Assembly (NCBI GenBank): GCA_963514005.1 | Contig: OY740814.1 | Coordinates: forward strand, 15,376,001-15,440,000 | Reading direction: 5' to 3' | Length of the DNA stretch: 64,000 bases | DNA from: Raja brachyura | Taxonomy: Eukaryota | Shown: piece after piece, positions 30,765-42,515 of the stretch | Layout: each line of letters opens with the position of its first letter | Position numbering within the stretch: position 1 is the first letter of the stretch | Made by a program: the position numbers and the translations under genes | The notes under the pieces: model-generated | The model's database searches: none | The model's input: only the letters and a program-made list of their open reading frames with translations | What the model was told of the DNA's origin: nothing

Positions 30765-32859
30765 TCTCATGTTGTGTTCACTTAATGTCTGATCCACAAA
30801 GCTGTTTTATTTAACTGGCCAGTTCCTCTATACCACTGTGGAATTGTAATGTTGCTTAAATTTAACAACTTAGGATGTTTGCTGTTTTTAAAATCTGTGT
30901 ATAAAGTCTGTATTCTTCATGATATGTGTCATATGTAAATTAAATTCATCCTATATTTTAATTCTTGAAGCTAGGTTACCAGGTTTGGAAATTGTATTTA
31001 TGCTGTGAAATTCAATGGTTCAGTAATTTATTTTTGCCTGCCCCCTTTTTATTCAACCTTAATATTCTGTATCCTCACTCACTTGAAAATGTCAGATTTT
31101 CATTCCTGACCAAGTTTTTTGGAGGTCAGTCAGGTGGGAGATGGTATCTGTTTGGTTGTCGATCCCATTTTGCTTACCTTCTCCTTCCTTATCTCTTCAC
31201 ATCCCTGTACTTCATCTCTCGGGGATTTCTGTGCATAATACTGCTGGTATAATGCTCATGTCCAAGTATACACCCTGATGTCATATTTAGACACAAAATG
31301 CTGGTGTAACTCAGCATGACAGGCAGCATCTCTGGATAGAAGGAATGGGTGATGTTTCAGGTCGAACCCCTCTAAAGAAAGGTCTCGACCTGAAACGTCA
31401 CCCATATTTATTGGGTTCAAATTGTACATTAATTATGCACAGAATCGTAAAGTAACTTAAACTACAAAATAAAGGGATCCTGGGCTGCAGAACATTATTC
31501 TGAAGAACAAGAATATTTTTTGGACATTGTTTTATGGTCCACTTCTAGCTCTAGTTGCTAATTTCATGTTCCCTCAATGTGTCAATCAAGTGTGTTGCCA
31601 CAAGTTACGTTTCAAAGGTCACAAAATTCCAGCTGAATTTTTGCATTCCATGAATACAAAGCTAGGGTTTCAGTTTTAACAGTTGTATTATGGTAAAACG
31701 CGAAACATTTACTTGAATTGTTATAGAATACGCATGGTCCAATAAAGGATTAGAAATTTTACTGGTCATGTTTGAAAGCAATTTGCATTTACAGAAGAGT
31801 TAAGCTAGACTTTATTGTGACTAACTATATAATTGTGTTTTGTCAGGCAGTTCCTTTAGAATAGTGTTGATTCAAAGAATCATTACAGCACTAAGGTAAT
31901 TAAATTCTAGGTTAGACCTGGTGTTCCTAAGTGGAAGAGACTGCTAATGAGAGTGGACACACAAAATGCTGCAATCGTGAGCAAAAAGCAAAGTGCTGAA
32001 GGAACTTGTCCTGACCTGAAACCTTACTTGTCCATTCCCCCCCACAGATGCTGCCTGACCAACTGAGTTCTTCCACCAATAAGTTGGGTTTTATTTCTCT
32101 CTCATCAGTGAGAATATGCCAGGTCCATTGAAATCCACCTCATAAAATACCAGATAAAGTGCAAGTCAGCAAGATTGAAGCTATCGATTAAAAGGCAGTG
32201 TGGCTAACAAAGTGGCTAATAAAGTTGCAATGAACTGTTGTTTTTCAGAGTGGAGGTAGGTTACTATGGAATCTCGTTCTGTTTGATTTAATACATTGCC
32301 GTGCAACAATTTGCATCCATTTTTTTTTACAAATCCAACATTCAAAATAATTAAGTTACATTCACAGTGAGTCCTTGTATGAAACTAGATTTACTAAAAA
32401 AGGACTGGACATTTTTAAAACTATGATTGGGATATTTACATGTACATTTATGCTATAGAAACTTTTTTTCCATAAAAGAAAGACTTGAATACAAGGATTC
32501 GTTTATTCATGAAAGGAATGCATTCCTGAAAAATGTTTTGTTTGAACTGAATTTAAGAGGAAAAAACTTTTTCCATTAATTTAAATGTAAAAATTGTGGT
32601 TAACTTCCAGTCCTGAAGAATTTCAGTTAAAGTTACCTAAACATACATGCAGATCAATAAAGGTATCTGAAATGATAAAATGTCACTTTATTAACATTTA
32701 AGTAGAGCTACAATAAAAACAGGGTACACAAAAGGCTGGAGAAACTCAGCGGGTGCAGCAGCATCTAAGGAGCGAAGGAGATAGGCGATGTTTCGGGTCG
32801 AGACCCTTCTTCAGACTCCTCTACAATAAAAACATATCCTTTCCATCTATTTATAAATT

Positions 32860-33442
32860 AAGCACGAGATTCAGATGAATGGATGTGTAATCTCTGAAAG
32901 ATTCTCCTTTGTGAGTTCTTCGAAGTGAGCTTCCAATAACTCTTCCATATCACTTCATCAAATCTTGCCTCATTTGTCAACTTGGTGGCGAGGACACTAC
33001 TAATTTGAAGAGTAAGGTGACCATTGGGTCCCTTGAAGCCTGGAAGTGATTTCTGATCCCTCAAGATGAACGTACTTGAGGGCATCTTTTTCTGAAACAT
33101 TGAGACAGATTTATTAAATGCTTGATTAACAGTGTAACTGTCTTCCTTGATGAGTAGTTAGTTCTTTGGGAAAATCTGCACCCATGGTATTTGCTGTGTC
33201 TCCCACTAGACAAATGTAATACACTTCCAGAGCTAATACTTAATTTTGTCCATACTATAAAGGATAGTTTTGTTGATGCTGCAAGATTTAATGAGTGACT
33301 AAAATACACCAGACGTTCATCTGTTTTTAATTTCCGTTAATAAATTGATAATTTTATTTATCTTAGTATTAATAGTTATAGCTTGCAGTGCCTTCTTACA
33401 AGAGGTGCAATCTTCAGCACTGCTGGGGAATTTAGAGGCCAT
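32860..33442 (-). pseudogene. Fossil Tigger/pogo (CENP-B/DDE_1) transposase, internally deleted and frameshifted
   Basis: Minus-strand fragments MASKFPSS..., GDTAN..ADFPKEL..LIKEDSYTVNQAFN and MFQKKMPSSTFILRDQKSLPGFKGPNGHLTL resemble Tigger1 WKKMPSRTFIAREEKSMPGFKASKDRLTL. Confidence 0.75.
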
Positions 33443-34727
33443 GTTGAGGAAGTACAGAATAAATTAGCCATAAATCAGATTTATAAGCAGAATGTAACGA
33501 TCTCCATGACAGCAAAATGATGTGGGAGAAAGTGCGATGAAGAATGGTTGTTTGTTAAGAGAATAAAAAACCTAGAGTTGAGTTTCTTATGGTTTCAAAT
33601 TCCTAGGAGTAAATACCACCATCAGCTTCTCCTAGACCACCCTTACTGAAACAATGGCCAAGACAGCACACCAATGTCTCTTCCTTAAATGGCTTAAGAA
33701 GTTTGGCATGTCCCCAACAACTCTCACTTGTACAGAAGCGCTGTTGATATAATTTTATTGGGCTGCATCACAGCTTGATTTGGAAAAAGCTCCATCCAAG
33801 ACTGCAAGAAATTGCAGCGAATTGTGGACACATCTCACGAACAAACTTCCCTTCCATTGACTCCATTCATGTAGCCTCGGCAAGACATCAGTTTAAGCAA
33901 GGACAGTCACACCATGTCCACTCCCACTTTGCTCTCCCATCATGCAAAAGGTGTAAAAGTGTGAAAACGTACACCTCCAGATTCAGAGGCAGTTTATTGC
34001 CAGATGTTATCAGGCAATTGAACTATCCTACCACAATGGTAATCCGAAATGTCCCAGGGGCTGTCGGTTAACCCGGTGGGACAGGCAGAGTTCAGCTGGA
34101 GTTAGCACTTCTTCTCTGCGTTGGCTGTAAGCCTGGGGCTGCCACCGCTCCGGGTCGCTGGCCCATCAGTCCAGGGTCACCCTGAACATCGCCGGCCGCC
34201 GCCAGACAGGGATGGGACACTCGGGAGGGGACGGGTACGGTCCAGTTGCAATTTTGCAGCGCCGGAGACCCGGGTTCGATCCTGACTATGGATGAAATGC
34301 AGGTCTGTATACATGCAGCAGCTCAGCTGGATAGTGACCTATGACCTGGGCATGTGTAGTTGAAATACCGAACACGCCTATTAGAGAATAGTGCTGAACT
34401 GCTGGTAGACACAAAATGCTGGAGTACCTCAGCGGGACAGGCAGCATCTCTAGGGAGAAGGAATGGGTGACCTTTCGGGTCAAGACCCTTCTTCAGGTCC
34501 AGATCCTGAACTGCTATCTACCTCATTGGAGACCCACGGACTGTGTTTGATCGAACTTTGCTGGCTATATCTTGCACTAAACGTTATTCCCTTATCATGT
34601 GAATGGCACGATTGTAATCATGAATTGTCTTTATGCTGACTGGTTAGCACGCAACAAAAGCTTTTCGTTGTACTTCAGTACACGTGACAATAAATTAAAC
34701 TAGAGAGTTCAATAATCGAACCATGAT

Positions 34728-34880
34728 GGGGTGGGAGATTGCAACCTTCACTGCAACAGGTCCGCCCTGTTTCGACGAATGCAATCAACCTGGTGTGCAC
34801 AATTAAATATGATCTAATAGAACAAGTTGTCCTACAACTTTAGGCTGTGCACGCCATACGCAAGGAGAAGAAGAAGAAGA
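34728..34880 (+). mobile_element. Short non-autonomous retroelement with HDV-like ribozyme head, copy 1 (L3 disrupted)
   Basis: Homologous to 60349-60490; TSD GAACCATGAT at 34718-34727 and 34879-34888; (GAA)n tail; 5' end folds as an HDV-type double pseudoknot. Confidence 0.85.
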
Positions 34881-34929
34881 ACCATGATGACTGGGTGCAG
34901 AGCAAAGATACTAGAGCCTTTGGTGCAGA

Positions 34930-35500
34930 GGGTTGTTGTTGTTGCCGGCTATGCCGTCGTCCCGCGCGTTGGAAGATGGCGGCTGTGAATACGCTCTATC
35001 AAAACCACTGGGGGGGAAATGGCGCGGAGATTCAACCGCCCGGGAGCGCGCGGGAGACAGAGCGCGGGAGATGGGAGGAGGGCGGACTGTGGGCGGGGAC
35101 GGACTCCATGCCTGTTATACAATCTGCGCTGACATCAGGTCGCGGGGAAGAGCAACGATATTAGAGGTTCCTCGGGTATATTTGGGGAAAAAGAGAACGT
35201 TTGCACCACTCCTGAGTTGATCCAGGACTGATTCTCGCCGCTGTCCAGTCCCGTCCCCCTGATACCAGATGAAGGCGGCCGGCACCAGGCTCTCTGTCCG
35301 GCGCGAGAGCCTCAAGCGTCTGCCCGCGGTCGGCGCTCCCGAGGCGGCGGGCAATGAACGGCTGTCCAAGAGGCCCAGGCGCCCGGTGCAGGGCAACGCG
35401 AGTGGACGGCAGTTTGCGGCCCAGTCCGGGGCCTCGGCGGCCGGCGACTCTGATAGCGATAGCACCGGGGATGAGCAAGTGGTGGTGAGGAGCTTGGAGG
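34930..35500 (+). promoter_or_regulatory. CpG island / WDR76 promoter and 5' region
   Basis: Sharp CpG- and GC-rich patch; AAGATGGCGGC (YY1-type) at about 34973; repeated GCGCGGGAG/GGCGCGGAG E2F-like words. Confidence 0.7.
35269..35484 (+). CDS. WDR76: WDR76 first identifiable coding exon
   Basis: ATG at 35269, immediately after an acceptor-like ccccctgataccag; open frame MKAAGTRLSVRRESLKR...DSDSDSTGDEQVV|gtgagg; phase 0 fits the next exon; poorly conserved, so boundaries are less certain. Confidence 0.6.
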
Positions 35501-35808
35501 GTGAGGGGTGTAAAATGGGAGGGAGGGAGGGAGGGGGGGGGGGGGGTAAGGGGGGTGTGAGTGTCTGGGTGCAGGACAGTGAGTCAGGATACATTTGGGT
35601 GCCATAGGTGGGGTGTGATTGGGGTGCATTTCGGTTCAGAGGAGGCTGGATGATGGTGGGTTCTGGTGTTGGAGCAGTTAGAGTTAAGTTGCAGAGTGTT
35701 GGAGGCAAAATACTGCATTGAAGGATGAAAGTACATTAAAAGGAATGCAGTCATCTGTTCACTATATGAGAATATCTGAAGCATTTTAATTTTTATTTTT
35801 CTTAATAG

Positions 35809-35904
35809 TTTAACCAGTCTGAGGAGTTGTCACTCTACGAAAAAAAGCGATTGAAAAACATTCAGGAAAATGCTGAGTTCTTTGCATCATTAAACATGCT
35901 GGAG
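35809..35904 (+). CDS. WDR76: WDR76 exon, conserved N-terminal helix
   Basis: ttaatag| ... |gtaagt; FNQSEELSLYEKKRLKNIQENAEFFASLNMLE (WDR76/Cmr1 LSxYERKRLxNIxEN motif); alternative in-frame acceptor 9 nt downstream. Confidence 0.92.
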
Positions 35905-37623
35905 GTAAGTCTACAGGAAGGAGATAGAGAACTTAATAACATGATGGACAATAACCTCCCTCAATGTCAGTAAAATTAAGGAGTTAGTTATTTACTTCAG
36001 GAAGCCTGGTGGATCACCTGCCCCAGTCAGCATCATCACAGGTGCCAAAATGGTTGCAAGTTTCAAGTTCTGTGGTGTTGATAGTACCAAGGATTGGTCA
36101 GGGAGGTGATATGGACCAAATGTATGCAGGTGGGACTAATGTAGATGGGACATATATTGGTCCTCGTGGGCAAGTGGGACTGAACCACATTAATGTGACA
36201 GCCAAGAAGGCACACCAATGCCTATACTTCCTTGGGAGACAGGAAGTTTGGCATGTCTCCAATGTGTCTTACAAACTTATACAGATACACTGTATGAAGC
36301 AAACCGTAAGGTTGAATCACAATTTGCGTTTGGGAATAGATCTGCCAAAGAGCATGAGAACCCCACTCCATCACACAGACTTTCCACTATTGACTCCATC
36401 TACGCTTCACGCTGCCCCGGAAAAGCAGGCAACATAATCAAGGGTTTGTCACGCTCTGGGCCATTCGTCTTTGTCCCTGCTCAAAGTACAGAAGCTTGAA
36501 AGTGCACACCACCGGACTCGGGGAAACTTGTTTCCATTTGTTATCAGGCTTCTAAAAGGTCTTTCTATTAGCTAGGGTACAGTCCAATTCACATCTACCC
36601 CATTGTGCACATTGGCTTTGTCTATGGAACTGATGTGCTACAGTGCTCTGTCTTCCCCTTCCCTCTACCTATTGTTCTTGAGTTTGACATGATTGTATTT
36701 ATGTATACTATCTGATTGGACAGTGTGCAAAACAGAGCTTTTCACTGTACCTCGGTACATGAGGCACTAATAAGCCCAATTACCAACAGTGTTGAATTAT
36801 TTAAACTCAAGGCATTTGTTAGAATGAACATTTCAAATTCATGTTTACAAATAAAAACTATCATTGGGTAAACAGTTGCCTTCCTGAAATTAGATGTGGT
36901 AGGGCATGGGCAGATTATTTAACTGCTCACGATGTGGACAGCATTTATTTACCATGGGCATTCTGTAGCAATTGTGGGAGTCTGCTGAGACTCCATCACC
37001 GTGATGGCTCTGGGGTACAATAAAGGCAGCTGCTTTGGGGACATAAGTGAATTGGTGTCTTTTTGTAGTTTCCTGGTTACTCAGATGTTTTTGAAGTCCA
37101 GATTTATTTAATTATTTGAATTTAAATTGCCCATTTCATGGGTCGAATTCTGGTTTCTGAACTCCAGCGGCTTGTCATACTATAGCCCAATTGAGGTTGT
37201 TTTCCTCGGAGCAATGAATTATAGCAGGTTCTTTCAATCCTGAAAGATTGTGGGGATAGATCGATTTCTAATGGCTAATAAATCAAAGACCAACAGATAT
37301 CGGCTTAAGGTACTTGGGGAAGATACCAGCGGCAGTTATATTAAGCATGTTTATTAATACATCAGAAAGGGCACTGCAGATTTGGTGTTAACTTTCAAAA
37401 AGGATTTGTATGAAAATTTGAAGATAAAATCTTTGCAGCTTAGTTGATGAGGTATGAGGATCTAGGCAAAACAAATAGGCACATGTCAGCCTTGTGTATA
37501 AAATATGTAGGAGTAACCTTACATAAGAAATTGGGAGGTGAAATTAGAAACTAAAGGAGAATCCTAACAGATTCCCTAGCTATGTTAAGAGAAAAGGGCA
37601 AACTAAGGAGAGAGTAGGTTTTA

Positions 37624-38470
37624 GAGCCCTGTGACACTGCAAGTTCACCCAAAAGCTCTCCCGAGTTTAAAAAAAAATCAAAACTCGTGGTAAGCACATA
37701 GAATGAATGTAGCGGGTACGTCGGAGCTTGGGACGTCTCTTAGCGCTAACGGCAGGTACTCTGGAAACGTGGTAACTCATGAAGATTTTTCAACATGTTG
37801 AAAATGTCCACGTAAAATATACTGTATGTCTGATAGATATTGTGAAATGGAACTCAGAAATTATGGGAGGATTACATAAAACTACAATTCAAATGTAATG
37901 AATATACAGTATTCTTATTTCCATCATGAACAGTGATATAGGACACCAGGTCCTACTATGGTAAACTCACGAGCTACTACGGTATGACTACACAGAGAGT
38001 GGTGAGTCTCTGGAATTCTCTGCCACAGAAGGTAGTTGAGGCCAGTTCATTGGCTATATTTAAGAGGGCGTTAGATGTGGCACTTGTGGCTAAAGGGATC
38101 AGGGGGTATGGAGAGAAGGCAGGTACGGGATACTGAGTTGGATGATCAGCCATGATCACATTGAATGGCGGTGCAGGCTCGAAGGGCCGAATGGCCTACT
38201 CCTGCACCTATTTTCTACGTTTCTATGACTACGAGTTAAAAAGTATCAAATTTTTACACCCCGAGTATATTTTACTCGTGGACATTTTTCAACATGTTGA
38301 AAAACCTTCACGAGTTACCACGTTTCCCGAGTGCCTACCGTTAGTGCTAAGAGATGTCCCGGGCTCCGACGTACCCACTACATTCATTCTACATGCTTAC
38401 CATGAGTTTTCGGGTTTTTTTTAAAACTCGGGAGAGCTCTTGGGTGAACTCGCACAGTGGGACAGGGCTT
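37624..38470. mobile_element. Related Harbinger-type foldback element with ~200-bp inverted arms, interrupted by a CR1 3' end
   Basis: Same terminal sequence as 4591-4930; TTA/TAA flanks; arms at about 37624-37823 and 38265-38470 are reverse complements. Confidence 0.8.
37992..38223 (+). mobile_element. CR1 3' fragment with TSD
   Basis: Near-identical to the reverse complement of 5917-6150; duplicated TATGACTAC at 37983-37991 and 38224-38232. Confidence 0.9.
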
Positions 38471-39118
38471 TAAGGATCAATGTGGAGCCACAAGAAATGG
38501 GTGAAGTCTTCAATGAACACTGCTCAGCTGTATTTATTGTGGCAAAGGACATAAAACCTTGTGAGTTCATGGGAGGAAAATGGTATCACTGGGTTCTTTA
38601 CGAAGCAGGAGGTGGTAGAGGTCTTGAAGCTCGTAGACAGCACAGAAAAAATGCCCAAGAATGTTGCCTGTTTATACAGCGATATGTACAGGAAGGGTTT
38701 AGAGATCTATGGTCAAATTTGACCAAATGGGACAAGCACAGTATGCCAACTCGGTCGGCATGAACAAAATAGGCCAATGGTATAATTCAGTATAATAAAT
38801 TAAGTTGCTCAGAACAAGAGAATTCTAGGTACTTGACAGTGCTGTCCAAGACTACAAGGTGTAGCTTCAACACTGCAGTGCCATTGGGTTTAACAAGCAC
38901 AGGGTTGTGTCTGTTGATCTAATGCTCAGCCTAATGTGGCCTGGAGTCGATTATATATGGGAAAATAGAAGTGTCTTAAATTCCAAATATCTATACTGTT
39001 GCTTTTACCAATTTTTGGTGCTGTCCTTTCGTCCATTCTGTTCAGAACCAAGGGTCATTCACTTGTAGGAATTTGAAAATACAATCTCCTGACCTGTGGA
39101 ATTTCTCTTGTCTTACAG

Positions 39119-39180
39119 ACGGCTAGAATGCTTTGGGGAGTTGGAGGGAAAGGACCTAAGAAACAGAATACACCAAAAAG
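39119..39180 (+). CDS. WDR76: WDR76 exon
   Basis: cttacag| ... |gtatga; 62 nt, phase 0->2; TARMLWGVGGKGPKKQNTPK. Confidence 0.8.
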
Positions 39181-39551
39181 GTATGAATCTGCAGTAACCA
39201 AAGACTGAGAAAGTGTCTTGACCCGAAATGTCACCTATTCCTTTTCTCCAGAGATGCTGCATGATCTGCTGAGTTACTTCAGCTTTTTGTGTCTATCTTC
39301 GGTAACCAAAGAGGATGTGGAAAGACTTGATTTTGGTATTTTCCAACACTTGATTACTTGCGGGTCGGGTCGCATGACTTGTTCTCTGTATATATATTTC
39401 TAAACATTGATAACACATTCTACCTTTATTGCAAAACTGGGCAAAGCAGTTATTGAAAAGTAAATAAGGGATGAACTTTAAGTTTCATTTTTACTTGCAG
39501 TATAATGCAGTTGCGGCATAATAATGAACTTTGTCCTTTTTGGATGTTTAG

Positions 39552-39678
39552 AGAAAAGGTTAAAGACTCCGGAGAGCAACGAATAGTTCGCCGGTCACAG
39601 CGGCTTCTGATGCTGAAATCTACCGACTCCGCAGAACCAGAATTACTGATAAAAACGTCAGAGGAGACAATAGATCGG
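39552..39678 (+). CDS. WDR76: WDR76 exon (RRSxRL motif)
   Basis: tgtttag| ... |gtttgt; 127 nt, phase 2->0; EKVKDSGEQRIVRRSQRLLMLK... Confidence 0.82.
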
Positions 39679-40748
39679 GTTTGTATCACTTCCATATATC
39701 TCAGACTGGGATTTGTCCCATCTTAGCCGTTCAATTTTTCTGCTGTGTTACCAAGTTCAGATGGAAGGGGAAAGGGTGATAGCACGAGGTTTCAGATTGC
39801 ACACCAGGTAGATGGAGAGTGGAGATCGCTCCGCTATGTGTTCAACCAGTGTATTTATCCAGCGCCTCACTTCAGTACACTACAATTGATATAGATAGTG
39901 CAGTTCTCTTTGCTCCAATGGCCCTCTGTTCAATCCTGATCCCTGGGGGATGTTTACACGTTCTCCCTGTGACTGCATGGGTTTCCTCAAGGTGCTGCAA
40001 TTACCATCCATATACCAAAGATGTATCAAGTTAGTTGGTCACTATTTTCTCTATTGTAGGTGGGTGATGGGACAATTGTGTTGGAAGGGTATATCAAAGG
40101 ACATTTGTGAGAAAATTGATTGAGTAAAATGAGTGCGGTAATGGGATTGCTTAGGCGGTCGGCATATTCTTCAAGCCATTGCTCCTATGCCGTAGTGAAG
40201 TATGAATGCTTCAGTGTGATGCTTTTGATTTGGAGTTCCCACTTTTCTCCCCCTTATATGTTGCCTTTGCCAAGATACAGCGAAATCCTTGTTTTGTGTG
40301 CTGTCCAGTCAAATCATATACGTGTAACAGAGAAAAGAAGCAGGGTGCAGGATATAATACAACAGCAGGGACACTGCAGGTGAAAAACAAAAATGCAAGG
40401 GTCCACTTCTGCTATTGCTGACCTTTTCCAGCACCTATCTGAAAAGCTTTTTTGCAGTCCTCGAGAGCCCGCACAACGTCCTCAGCCAAGCCCAGAGGGC
40501 ATTTCCATTTTCACTGCTGACAACCTGCAGGACAGTTTATACTATACTTTACAATGTACTGAATAGTAGACCATGGCCTTCATTGACATCACTTTTGAGT
40601 TTGACAGCCTATATGTGCTTGATGAATTGGAGCTAAATTTTGAGTAAGATAGCAGTTTATTATGTAACTATTTAAATCAAACATTGAAGTAGATATAGGA
40701 AGAAATGTGATATTGCTGGTGTTGAATGCTACTTTCCGTTTGCCTCAG

Positions 40749-40838
40749 TTCTCTGGACCTCTTGCAATGGTCGCTATTGATGAAAAGGACAGCAAAAAAA
40801 CTGAGGATCTGATGAAGACGTGGCTGGGGATTAGTCAG
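40749..40838 (+). CDS. WDR76: WDR76 exon
   Basis: gcctcag| ... |gtattc; 90 nt; FSGPLAMVAIDEKDSKKTEDLMKTWLGISQ. Confidence 0.85.
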
Positions 40839-40873
40839 GTATTCCATTAATACATGGTCTGGGAAGTTTGATT

Positions 40874-41640
40874 TAGAAACATAGAAAAATTGGTGCAGGA
40901 GTAGGCCATTCGGCCCTTTGAGCCAGCACAGCCATTCAATATAATCATAGCTGATCATCTAAAATCGGTACCCCATTCCTGCTTTTTCCTCATATCCCTT
41001 GAGTCCTTTAGGCTTAAGAACTAAATCTAACTCTCTCTTGAAAACATCCAGTGAATTGGCCTCCACTGCCTTCCGTGGCAGAGAATTCCACAGATTCACA
41101 ACTCTGAGTGAAGAAGTTTTTCCTCATCGCAGTCCTAAATGGTCTACCCCGTATTCTTGAACTTTGACCCCTGGTTCTGGACATCCCCAATATGTGGAAC
41201 ATTTTTCCTGCATCTAGCCTGTTCAATCCTTTAAGAATGTTATGTTTCTATCAGATCCCCTCTCATCCTTCTAAATTCCAGTGAATACAAGCCCAGTCGA
41301 CCCATTCTTTCATCAGTCCTGGCATCCCGGGAATCAAACTGGTGAACCTACGCTGCACTCCCACAATAGTAATAATGTCCTTCCACAAATTAGGAGACCA
41401 AAATTGCACACAATACTCCAGGTGCGGTCTCACCTGGGTCCTGTACAACTGCAGTAGGACCTCGCTCCTAAACTCAAATCCTCTCGCAATGAAGGCCAAC
41501 ATGCTATTAGCTTCCTTCACTGCTTGCTGTACCTGCATGCTTATTTTCAGTGACTGATGTACAAGCAAACCCAGGTCTTGTTGCACCTCCCATTTTCCTA
41601 TTCTGACACCATTCAGATAAGAATCCGCATTCCTGTTCTT
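40874..41640 (-). mobile_element. CR1 LINE 3' fragment
   Basis: Degenerate ORF2: QDLGLLVHQSLK...LYRTQVRPHLEYCVQFWSP...; TTTCTATG tail. Confidence 0.92.
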
Positions 41641-41841
41641 TCTGGTAAAAGTTTTGTATAGTCAAGCAGTAATCTGAAATGAAAAGATACATGTGTGTGC
41701 AATAATCTCCCATAATCTCTGCCACCAACAGATCTTTTTTATGTTTGCGTTATAGTGTAAATATAGATGCGTTAAGCTACGGTATTTTAAAAAAGTGTTT
41801 TTTTTTGTCAGTAACTTAACACTTCCAACTCTGACACTTAG

Positions 41842-41885
41842 GGCAAATCTCGGGTTAAAACGAAGCAACCAAAAGAGTTAAAGAC
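41842..41885 (+). CDS. WDR76: WDR76 small exon
   Basis: cacttag| ... |gtaagt; 44 nt, phase 0->2, exactly what is needed to keep the frame; GKSRVKTKQPKELK. Confidence 0.82.
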
Positions 41886-41981
41886 GTAAGTTCTTTTAAT
41901 AGTTGGTCACATTTAAATAATAGCTATTTCTATTTTTAGTAGCTTTTCGACAAACTGTTCCTTCATTATTTGTTTGAGCAG

Positions 41982-42135
41982 CTACAAGTCCAGTTTGAAA
42001 AGGATGACGATCCAAGAAAGCTTTGTTGCAAAAGTAACACCAAAGCGAGTGTGCGCACTGGCTATTCATCCGTCTGAGCAGAGGTTCCTGGTGGCTGCCG
42101 GAAGCACTTACGGATATATTGGAATTTGGGATCTG
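41982..42135 (+). CDS. WDR76: WDR76 exon, first WD40 blade
   Basis: tgagcag| ... |gtcagt; 154 nt; YKSSLKRMTIQESFVAKVTPKRVCALAIHPSEQRFLVAAGSTYGYIGIWDL. Confidence 0.95.
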
Positions 42136-42515
42136 GTCAGTGAGTGCTTAGTTTTTGCTGTTCATGTTAAAGAAGGAAAGGCATTTTTACTGTGGTTGGA
42201 AGTTCACAAGCACTTGAAAGGCAGATAAATGCTGCTCTAATTCACCCACATTATGTCAAATGGCAGAATGACATATGACAAATGGCATATCACCATACCC
42301 TCGGGTTGAATAATTTAAATTTAGCCAGGATAATGGGGATAATTTCCTTACGTCCAAAACCCTAAGACATTGTTTTGATGAAAAGCAGTCAAGAATTCTC
42401 CTGTCCTAGTTTATATTTATCCATTGATCAGTGTCACTTAAATAAGTGATACATTGCTGTGACGAGGATCTTCCTGTGTAGGAGTTGCAACTGAATTTCC
42501 CATGTTGCAGCAGTA

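Noticed and set aside
35115-35708. 197-aa antisense ORF over the WDR76 first exon; possible head-to-head gene such as MFAP1
   Set aside because: Low-complexity product of the GC-rich island; no MFAP1-like sequence or downstream minus-strand exons found.
40458-40570. Acceptor-like ttttttgcag| as a candidate WDR76 exon
   Set aside because: The phase-0 frame stops after 20 codons; the exon at 40749-40838 fits homology and frame.
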